A stretch of DNA of 64,000 nucleotides from assembly GCA_009914755.4 (NCBI GenBank), contig CP068257.2, positions 38,240,001 to 38,304,000 on the forward strand, in the 5' to 3' direction. This DNA comes from the human T2T-CHM13v2.0 reference genome, Homo sapiens. This document shows, piece after piece, positions 54,368 through 64,000 of the stretch. The notes under the pieces are model-generated. The model made no database searches. It was given only the letters and a program-made list of their open reading frames with translations, and was not told the DNA's origin. Position 1 is the stretch's first letter; the number at the start of each line of letters is the position of its first letter. The position numbers were made by a program, and so were the translations under genes.

Positions 54368-56869
54368 TGATGTGAGTGAAGCAAGTCTCACTTCAGACTC
54401 CAGTTGCTACCAGTTCACCAAATCCAAGTGCAACAGACCTGGCCTGTGTAGGAGGGCAGACCTCGCTTCCCACAGCAGTCATCGCAAACGGGGCTAATCA
54501 TCGTGGGACCATGATCCTCCTCTCACCCAACCTTTCTTACACTTCAAGTTTCGCTCTTTCCACACAAACATAAAGCTTTTGGCAGTTTGGATGGATGTGC
54601 ACTCACCAAAATCCAATTTCCCACCAGTCCATTAAAAAAAAAAGTGTTTTTATAGTGAGCTTTGAAAATGGGCCAGGCCATGAGAAATGGTCCATGCAGA
54701 TGCTGGGTTGTAGATTATAATGCATTTGCTGGTTGGGGAAAGTGCTTTGAAGGTTCCTCCCAGGTAACTCTGAGCTCAGTAATTGTTTCATAGAACTTTC
54801 AGAATAAGATAGAGCAATGTTTAGCATCCGATTTTGGCTGGGGTTTTCCATGGATTAGCTGATGCCAGGCTGCCTCCATGCCAGCAGGAGCTGGGCATTT
54901 TTGCTGACTGTTTTTAGGGTCTTCCTCGCCCTTTAGCCATTTCCCCGGTTGCAGGGCCCCTGAGCTGCTTGGCCTGAAGGCCTGCCAATAAACCTCATCC
55001 GACTCTTGGTTTGCTCATGAAGGGTGGGGCTTGGGTGAATTCCCATTTGTTCTGTCCCTGCCATTCTATGCTTTACTCATTTGTTCCTGGTTCACCTGCA
55101 GTGAATCATTTTATCTCTTTGGGTTGCAGCATTGTACGACGACATTGTCTTTGGGCGCTTGTCGAATTCTGACTCTTTATGATTCTGTGGCTGTCTCTTT
55201 CCTGGGACAGTGTAGGACATTTGACTCCTTTTGATTTTATTTTCTGTAAGCATCAAGGGGATATCGCACATGAGTCCACAGGAGAAATACGATGTATTTT
55301 CTTGGTGGAGGCAGTGGAGGGGAAAGTAAGGGCAATGGATGGGATCTGAATGGGATTGTCACCGGCTGTGAACACAGGATAACAAGTAGTTATTTTTGTT
55401 GAAATAACAACTATTTCAACAAAATGGGTGAAAATGGGAAAATTTAACATTTCCTCTAGAAAAACTGCATTTCCAACTATCTGACAGTAAAACAGGGAAA
55501 CAGGGTTTATTTTCCTGGATCTTTCTGTAGCATATGTCCAGTTTAGAAAGGAGGCTGGCACCCCAGTGACTGGCCTCGAGGTGAGCACAGGTGTAGACAA
55601 CAGTGGTCCACTCGACAGAAACACAAAAGAAGTGGGTGCCTCCCTCTGGTGGCAATTGGCATACATGAAATTAAAGTGTGACTGCGATCTTTCAGGCAGA
55701 AGGTAGCCAACATTCTTTAGAAACTTTATAACCTTTTCACCTGTGGGCCTCGTCAACGTGACCTGGTACCAACCAAGCACTAGGGGAAACCTCAGCCAGA
55801 GGTTGCCGGGATAGGTGCTCCCCAGCCCCATGGCAATGGGATACTGAGTTATAGCTGTTTCTTGAAAAAGCCTCACTTGTCTTTTCTATAAATCCAGCCT
55901 ATTGTCACCTTAAATGATGGCTGTGTGTGGAAGAGTTGAACCGTAGTTTTGAAATTATAATCCAGACTTGTTTGTGGAAGAAGGAGATAGGGTTTTAGAA
56001 GACAAGATGAGCTACCTGCAGATGAGATATTCATTCTTATTCTATTCACACATCTGACAGTTGAACAAAACTATAAAACGTTGCCAATTACCTATCTGGG
56101 CTAGAAACGGCCTATTAGGTCACCCCGGCCATTCACAGCTGCTGAAATATGACTCCCTGTTGTGTATTTCCTCAGTTCAGCTTAAAATGACTTTAGCAAA
56201 AGGTCAGATGCTACTGCTCCTGGGAGATGTTTGCAATCTCTAATAGACTGATGTTAGACATTTTTTTTTCTAACATTCTATCTAAATTTGTTTCTTGACA
56301 TCAGTTTCTTGACATCAGCCTCTGTTAATGCTCCCTTGAGCCATGGCAGCTCCAAATGGGTATTTTATCCCTGCTTAAATTTTTGGTTTAGACAGAAATG
56401 CTTCTACTACCTCTGCTGATAATTAGAATGTGTCAAGGGATGGTATTTCATTGTTGGTCTTTTGAAAGGTTTTTTTTTTTTTTTTAAAGTATTTCCAAAC
56501 TGATTAATTTTTGATCCTGTTGCCCTGATCCCAGAAAATTTCTTTCTGTCTTTGAAATTTCTTGAAAAGAATAAAAGTAATCCACTTTATTTTTGGTTTG
56601 TAAAAGCTTTTTGGATGGGGATGCTCCGATGGCACCCACAAAGGGCAGGAGCCTTGCTTTCCTGCCAAGGTGCCACATAAAACAGGCCCTGGTTAAATGG
56701 TCACATTTAACCAGGCCCCATCTGAATTCTGCCTAGGTGTTCATCTACCTGAACCAATATAAAAAAAGTCTGGAGCTTCAGAACTTTTCACAACCCTGGG
56801 AAGAACTTCCCAATGCCATTTTCCGGGGTGATTCGGTGTCAGAACGTTATTATTTTAATTTAATCTATT

Positions 56870-57130
56870 TTTATTTTTATTTTTTAGAGACAAGGTCTTG
56901 CTCTGTCTCCCAGGCTGGAGTGCAGTAGTGAGATCTTAGCTCACTCTAACCTTGAACTCCCAGCTCAAGCAATCCTCCTGTTTCAGCCTCCAGAGTAGCT
57001 GGGACTACAGGTGCGGGCCACTGTAACCAGATAACTTATTTTTTGAAGAGATGAGGTCTAACTATGTTGCGCAGGCTGGTCTCAAACTCCTGGCCTCAAG
57101 GGATCCTCTCGCCTAGGCCTCCCAAAGTGA
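56870..57130 (-). mobile_element. Alu SINE, older (AluJ/S-like), truncated
   Basis: tttttagagacaaggtcttgctctgtctcccaggctggagtgcagtagtgagatcttagctcactctaaccttgaactcccagctcaagcaatcctcctgtttcagcctcc…gttgcgcaggctggtctcaaactcctggcctcaagggatcctctcgcctaggcctcccaaagtg. Confidence 0.8.
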
Positions 57131-58198
57131 GGACATTATTACTTGTTGCTTAAAACTAACACCAAAACTCTACTCTTAGTTAATCTTTTTGAGTCCAGGT
57201 TACTATATGTAGTTCAGCTACTTAGTCTAGAATGCCACATAACTTTACTTCTGGCGTATTTAATTTTATTATCTTTTTATAAATATAAGAACTCATCGTC
57301 CTGATAAGTAGAAAAAGGTACAGAGCTTAAAATGACCGATCTTTAAAAAGGTATTTCCAAGAAATCAGCAAGTGCCTGGCCATGAGCTCTTAAGATAGTG
57401 TCATTTTTAAAAAAAGCAAATAGAAGTGCTATGTCTTTGCTCCAAACCTACAAAGAGAAGGGACGTGAGGGGCTGTGGCTGTGGATTAGGAAAGCAGAGA
57501 TTGTGAAGTTTAACTGTCACAGGGCTGGCCGTCCCTAGAAATCAGCACCCATCTTTGTTTAGACATAAAATACTCACTTACAAATCCAGGCACACACCTC
57601 TGGGCAACAGCCCTCTCTGTCCTTATGACAACATTCTGATGTGGGATGCCCAGTCATGTTCAGCATGTTTGAAGGGTATTTGAAAATATGGGACTTCAGA
57701 GTCGTATACGGTAGTGTCTATTTCTGCTCTGCCATTTTCTTGCCATGCGTGAAAAGTGTAGAGCATGAAACGAAACACAGGACCCATGACTGAATGGAGA
57801 TTCCAGGTTGGTGGTAGCCTCAGGCTTGAGATTTTGAGCAGTGATGGGCGTCTATCAGCTCAGCTGCGTGGTTGGACCTGGGAGGGACTTGGCCCTGGCT
57901 TTGCTTCACAGACCCCCTTTGGAGTTGCCAGAGAGTTGTACCCCACGTGAAATTCCATACACAACAGACCCGTCTACCGAATAGTCTTGTGCATTTAAGA
58001 AGGCTTGTAATCCCTGGAAATACGCAAAGAGAAACACCTGTCTGCAGGGATTAGAAGCTCAGGGTGAAGAGCCAGGGCGGGAAGTGCCCCATGAGATAGC
58101 ATGGCCCAGCAGCTGAGTTGACAGCCAGGGCCAAGAAGGACGCAGAAACGTGTGTCATGAAGGATGCCAGATGCACACACACACTGTGGGAGAAAGGC

Positions 58199-58287
58199 AT
58201 TTAAATCAGACAGCACCAAAGAGAATAAAGAGTATTCTTATTCTTTATTTAAATCAGACAGCCCCAAAGAGAATAAAGAGTATTTGT
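58199..58287. repeat. Tandem duplication of a ~43-bp unit (2 copies)
   Basis: atttaaatcagacagcaccaaagagaataaagagtattcttattcttt | atttaaatcagacagccccaaagagaataaagagtatttgtaag. Confidence 0.8.
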
Positions 58288-58505
58288 AAGGAGAAAAGGC
58301 CCAGAGTACCCACTTTTGAAAGCAGCTTTAGTCCCTTTCTGATGTACATGTGATGATTTTTCAACCCAAGCTGCTCTTTGCTTTCCCCATTGTTCATGAA
58401 GCTCTTGGGGGCTCTTACCAGCCTTTGTCTTCCTTCTTCACAAAACTCTGGAACACACTCCATTTGCCTTGGCTTCTACCTTTCCTTCTTAAAGTCAAAA
58501 TCTTT

Positions 58506-58816
<311 letters not shown>

Positions 58817-60740
58817 TAAAATTCTTTGTAGAATTATGGGGCAAGGAGAATTAGAAGAAACTCAGTGGGTTCAAGTGAGGTTCGTATATTAATTAGGCTA
58901 ATTGATGTTCCTTTGAGACTACTTAAAAATGTCCTGTAATTATGATTGCATTTGACTTTTTTTCTATTTAAAAACTGGGGAACTGTATGAAATTCTCTAT
59001 GGTGGTGAAATTTTTAGAGTTTAATGCTTTAAATCTGGTATTTGAAATTTTAGAAGCTGGGGCACATGTGAGTCCTAGAAGGTGGTGAGCACCCTCAGGA
59101 GAGTCAGTCGATACCTGGTAAAACCAGGGAATATCAGAGAAAAAGGAAAACTCCAATTATTCCAAAGCTGTGAAAGGAAGAAACAAATAGACCTAGTGCA
59201 GAATGAAGGGAGTGGCCTGAAATCTGACTAGGGAGGTCACCGTCCCTGGAGCAGGACCTGCTCACATCAATTTCCTGTGTTTTCAGGCACTTGAAAAACT
59301 ACACAGTTTCCACAACTGCAAAGGGAAGGGTATGGAAGGAGAAGCAAATGTCCCACAAGGAGAAAAAAATAACATGAAGCAGGGAAGCCTCAGAGGGAAT
59401 GTTGCCAAAGGTTACTGAATATAAAGGAAGTATTTCTGCAAAAAAAAAAAATCTCTGGGATTTTTAAAGCATTAAATACTATGAAGAAATGACCACCCAT
59501 TTCAGAAACTGAATGGATGCACGTAAGCAAAAGATAAAATGTGCAGTTCAGGGAAGGAAATGAGCCCATCCAATACACAGTAAAATACATGTGAATTTCC
59601 ATTATCAACTTGAAATAAAATGTTTCCTGATGAATTATACACTGATTATCACACACGTGTAGAAGATGAGGTTCATTTAAAAGAAGCTGAAACCCCAAGA
59701 TAACAACTGCTTAAACAATAGAGAAGGTTATTTCTCTGTCATATAGAAGGATTCTGGAGGTAGATGGTCAAGGGGAGTCTGTGTAGTTTCAAGGAGCATC
59801 AAGCATCTGTCACTGTTTGGCAATATTTGGCATAAGACTTCCAACTTATGGTTGAATATGGCTGCATGAGCACCAGCCATTGCACCTACATTTCAGCCAA
59901 CAGAAAACAGATATGAACAGAGGGAAAAAATGGGCAAGGGGTGTCTGTTAATTTTATCGTAAGATTTCTTTTTTCCACTTACATCATATTGACCAAATCC
60001 TAGTTGCAGGGACACATCCAACAGTAAGGAGGCTGGAAACTGTTTTCTGGATAACCATGTGCTCAGCCCCAGATCAGGGGTTTTGGAACTAAGAAAAAGG
60101 GGATAAACAAAGGCAATGAACAGACTCAGCCACAACACCTTTCTGCTCCTGGAGTTTATTGGGTGCTTACAAGCTGGTTAGCTTGCACAGAGGGGTTATC
60201 TGAATTGTTGGATGACTAATTTGTCCTCTATCCCTCCAATCAGCCTGAAGAGATTTTTTTTCTATGTTTCCTAGTCAGAGTGTGAAGAAGGGCAAACTGT
60301 GGCTTTTCTGTGGTTTGCTGTTGGGGCAGCTAGCTGCTGATTCCTGGGAAGGAATTTCAATTCTTTCCATGTGCTCAGAGAGAAGAAGGCATTTGGTATG
60401 TTATTCTCACTCCCAAAAGCATTTTCATTTACCCACTTTCCTTCAAGTTATTCTCGAGTAAATATTAACATATTTTCTATGTAAATAAACTAAAATCTTG
60501 CAATCTGATCTCTAAAAGCACAAGATTACCCCTTTTCTTTATATAATATTTCTCTCCTCCCCTGGCCCCAGTCTAACTGGTTATGGCTATAGGAGGTGGT
60601 GGTGCAGACAGCAGAATCTACTCTTGTTGGATTTGGAAGAAAGGGCTTTTATTATAAGACCTTTAATAATTTCTGGCTTGGTAAATTTTCCTCCATCCCT
60701 TTGTTTTGAACCTATGTATGTCTTAGCTCAACCATGGTTC

Positions 60741-61320
60741 AACCATTGTGGAAGACAGTGTGGCAATTCCTCAAAGATCTAGAAGCAGAAATACCATTTG
60801 ACCCAGCAATCCCATTATTGGGTATATACCCAAAGGGATATAAATCATTCTATTACAAAGACACAAGTGTGTATATGTTCATTGCAGCACTATTCACAAT
60901 AGCAGAGACATGAAGTCAACCTAAATGCCCATCAGTAATAGACTGGATAAAGACCATGGAATACTATGCAGCTCTAAAAAAGGAATGAGATCATGTCCTT
61001 TGCAGGGACGTGGATGGAGTTGGAAGCTGTTATCCTCAGCAAACTAACACAGGAACAGAAAATGAAACACCACATGTTCTCACTTATAAGTGGGAGCTGA
61101 ATGATGAGAACACATGAATGCATGGGGGAGAACAATACACACTGGGGCTTATTGGGAGGGAGAGCATCAGGAAGAATAGCTAATGGATGCTGGGCTTAAT
61201 ACCTAGGCGATGGGTTGATCTGTGAAGCAGATCACCATGGCACACGTTTACCTATGTAACAAACCTGCACATCCTACACATGTACCCTGGAGCTTAAAAT
61301 AAAAATTAAAGAAAAAAAAA
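60741..61320 (+). mobile_element. L1 (L1PA-type) 3' end: C-terminal ORF2 fragment + 3' UTR + short poly-A
   Basis: …ccattgtggaagacagtgtggcaattcctcaaagatctagaagcagaaataccatttgacccagcaatcccattattgggtatatacccaaagggatataaatcattctattacaaagacacaagtgtgtatatgttcattgcagcactattcacaatagcagagacatgaagtcaacctaaatgcccatcagtaatagactggataaagaccatggaatactatgcagctctaaaaaaggaatgagatcatgtcctttgcagggacgtggatggagttggaagctgttatcctcagcaaactaacacaggaacagaaaatgaaacaccacatgttctcacttataagtgggagctgaatgatgagaacacatg…gcacacgtttacctatgtaacaaacctgcacatcctacacatgtaccctggagcttaaaataaaaattaaagaaaaaaaaa. Confidence 0.9.
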
Positions 61321-61967
61321 TTCTGGGAGGCAGAGAGCTCAGCCTAGATGGTGTCCAGCCAGAAACAATTCATATGGAAGATATTTAGCGACACGATAGA
61401 TCTTTCTAGCAGATGCTTGACTGCTCCTAATGTTGCCTGGCATGTGCCACCAGGCAAAGGACACTGGGATGTCCCCACAGCTGCCCCAGAGAAACCCAGT
61501 ACCTCTGCCTCAGGGCTTACCAGAAGGTGGGATCTTCCTGTGGTTGGCTGGCCCCTGATGCGCACTTCTGCCTCTCCTATCCTTCTAGTGCACCTGCCTG
61601 GCCAGCCCTCACCTGTGCGGCAGACTTCCACCCCTGAGACATCGGGGAATGATGTCCTCCAGCTTCTCAGCCTGGTGGTAGAGGGAGAAGCTGGAAGGAG
61701 GGTGCTTTGGGCAAGCCAGGCTGCCGGCTGCCGTCTTGGGCAATGCACCTCTGCATTGGGATGGCCCTCTACTCCTTACAAACTGTGTCCCTGCACATGC
61801 TCTCCAGAGAAAAACAAGCCTGGGCAAGGATTTGAACCTCAGGAAGGCAAATCTGACCACAGTCAAGAGTCATGACTTGAATTCAAGCTGTCCTTAGTCA
61901 AGCTGTTTCTCATCATACCTCTCTGATTGTCTCCATTTTTTTCTTGAAAATGTAGGCATTTGGCTAG

Positions 61968-62360
61968 TGGTTCTGGGTTGAATTGTGTACTCCCTCCCTA
62001 TCAAATTCATGTGTTGAAGCCCTAATCTCCATAACCTCAGAATGTGATCTTATTTGGAGATAGGGTCTTTATAGAGGTAATTCAATTGAAATGAGGTCCT
62101 CAGGCTGGGCCCTCATCCAGTCTGGCTGCTGTCCTTATAAGAAGAAGAGATGAGGACACAGACATTCACAAAGGGATCCTCATGTGAGGACACAGAGGGA
62201 AGCCATCTGCAAGCCAGGAGAGAGGTCTTAGGAGGAACCTGCTCTGCCAACACGTTAATCTTGGACTCCAGCCTCCTGGATGTGAGAACATAAATTTCTG
62301 TTGCTTAAGTGACCCCGTGTGTGATACTTTGTCATGATAGCCTAAGCAATTCATACAAAT
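61968..62360 (+). mobile_element. MLT1-family MaLR solo LTR
   Basis: …gggttgaattgtgtactccctccctatcaaattcatgtgttgaagccctaatctccataacctcagaatgtgatcttatttggagatagggtctttatagaggtaattcaattgaaatgaggtcct…tgtccttataagaagaagagatgaggacacagacattcacaaagggatcctcatgtgaggacacagagggaagccatctgcaagccaggagagaggtcttaggaggaacctgctctgccaacacgttaatcttggactccagcctcctggatgtgagaacataaatttctgttgcttaagtgaccccgtgtgtgatactttgtcatgatagcctaagcaattcatacaaa. Confidence 0.8.
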
Positions 62361-63844
62361 AGGAATGAATTTTGCCTTTTCAACAGAAAAATTAGTATTT
62401 CTTCAATGATGATTATACCTTGTTTTTTTGTGCTCTTCCTCGCTTAATAAATTTGGACGAAGATCTGATCTCATTAGTTCTCATTCTTTGTAATCGATAA
62501 GCATGGATTTGTGCTAATTTGATTATCTAGTTCCACAATGGGCATTTTATATAAGCCAGGGTGCCTCTGGATGGAAGCCCGAGAAACAGAATAATAGGAA
62601 ATAGATGACCGAGAGGCGCTCAGAGTAAACTCTTACTTTTGGCTACCAAATTAGGCTTTGTATTAATGAGAACTTGATTTGAACAATCGAAGACTGTGGG
62701 TTTCAGAATACTTCTATTTTAGGACAAAAGAGAATTGTTCGCTCTTGGAAAAAGCTTTAAGTACCAAAGAAGGCACTAACTTGGTAAATGGAAAGCTAGA
62801 AGAAATGCGAATTGTGTTTTTGATTTGGGGAATACAATAGATGCAGAAAGTCCCCTTGCCTGGGACTGCTAATGCCTGAACTTGCTCATTAATCTCTGCC
62901 TCTTAGCACAGACCTGGAAAATTGCAATTCTCCGCACCAGCAGCCCCCATTCGATAAATATGGAGCCAGCAGGCAGGAACGAGAAGTGGCTCTGGGCTGT
63001 GGGGCTGGCTTGTTGGAATCCCACACTCCCCAAGCTGCAGAGGGATTGCAACTCAGGAAGTCAGGCAGAAGGACACAGTGGCTCTCTGCATGCTTTGTTC
63101 CCAGCTTTTTAAAGAGCTTATTGTCTTTTTTTAAATTGGCATTTCATAAAGTGTGATGCTGTATGCCAGCATTATTAGGTACTATGGGTATAAATTTATT
63201 GTTATAACTTTTTTTCCTCTGGAGGAATTGACCTTTTCTCCAACACTAGACGCCGTATTCTCTGAGTATATCTTGATCCAATGTGAGGTGTAAAGGATAA
63301 AAGCAAGGTGCAATCCTTGCTTGCTTTGTTACCTGTCTCTTTGGCTTTCTCTGCCTCAAGGGCAAGGGTTTGGGTCCTTAGGAGGGAACCCCACTCCCTC
63401 TCTTTGGCCGAGTGGCCTCGGTGTGGCCGAGGGGATCCCAGCTAAGAGGGCCCCAGCAGCACAGAACTCCGCATCAATTAGCTTAATGATATCAAGGGCA
63501 ACACAGCTGACAGATGTTAATTCTTCCAAAGTTAATATCGTACTTTGAAAGAAGGTAGAACATTCTAAGAACCTTGGCATTACAATACCCCAATTGCAAG
63601 GCATACTTAAGTTAAATGACTGTTATTTCTTTATAGCTTGCTAAAATTTAGGTCCTTTTATAGTACGCTATGTGCTGTGACTCCTAATGAAGGCAGACTC
63701 CTACTCAGGACTATTATATCCCAATTTACTTCTTGGGCACAAATTTCTGATCTACAGCATTAGGCGTTAGGAGGTCATTCATTTCTATCAAATCAATCTT
63801 AAAATATGAAGAGTGATAAATATGTAAATTAAAGCATTTACCTG

Positions 63845-64000
63845 TTTGTGTGGTGTGTATGAGTGTGTATGTGGTGTGATGTGTGTGGTCTAATGTGTGT
63901 ATGTCTATGGTGTGTGTGGTTTGTGTGTGTGTGGTGTGTATGTATGTGTAGTGTGTGGTGTGTAAAGTGTATTTGTGTATGTGTGGTATGTGTTTGTGTG
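63845..64000. repeat. Imperfect (TG)n/(GTGTGTAT)n-rich microsatellite running off the end of the window
   Basis: tgtgtggtgtgtatgagtgtgtatgtggtgtgatgtgtgtggtctaatgtgtgtatgtctatggtgtgtgtggtttgtgtgtgtgtggtgtgtatg…. Confidence 0.85.

Noticed and set aside
55253-55876. Longest ORF in the track (207 aa, - strand)
   Set aside because: It lies deep in PCP4 intron 2. I recognise no domain or family. The composition is low-complexity with no codon-usage signal and no splice signals at its edges. A stop-free run of this length is expected by chance in 64 kb x 6 frames.

Overview
This window is mammalian, almost certainly human (or great-ape), genomic DNA, not a prokaryotic or mobile-element 'system'. 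It carries at least 18 Alu SINEs, several of them CpG-intact AluY copies with perfect target-site duplications, plus MaLR/MLT1 LTRs, L1 3' ends, MIRs and microsatellites. The six-frame ORF track is therefore essentially uninformative here. No ORF in it has recognisable domain content, and many are Alu-derived.

The one real protein-coding gene I can recognise is PCP4 (PEP-19; Purkinje cell protein 4; human chromosome 21q22), on the + strand:
- Exon 1 contains the start codon and only three codons, ATG AGT GAG at 11641-11649, followed by a GTGAGT splice donor.
- Exon 2 is 52 nt at 42630-42681. It is preceded by a strong polypyrimidine tract plus AG, and followed by GTAAGA.
- Spliced together they encode MSERQGAGATNGKDKTSGEN(D), the PCP4 N-terminus.
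- Intron 1 is 30,980 bp.
- Exon 3 (IQ motif and stop codon) is not in the window.

Everything else is 5' flank or intronic sequence. The most interesting parts are:
- a modestly CpG-enriched PCP4 promoter with an inverted CCAAT box;
- several short non-repeat blocks that escape the general CpG depletion (especially 14850-15300 in intron 1) and look like conserved or hypomethylated regulatory elements;
- a sense-oriented, CpG-rich ERV solo LTR (LTR12/HERV9-like) in intron 1;
- a twin-primed (5'-inverted) L1 insertion;
- a head-to-head inverted Alu pair;
- a full-length LTR-internal-LTR MaLR (MSTA-like) element upstream;
- a MER44/Tigger-like MITE with intact terminal inverted repeats;
- several long microsatellites ((GGAT)n ~290 bp, (TTCC)n ~150 bp, (TATATC)n, (GT)n).

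No CRISPR array, operon, rRNA or tRNA gene is present.
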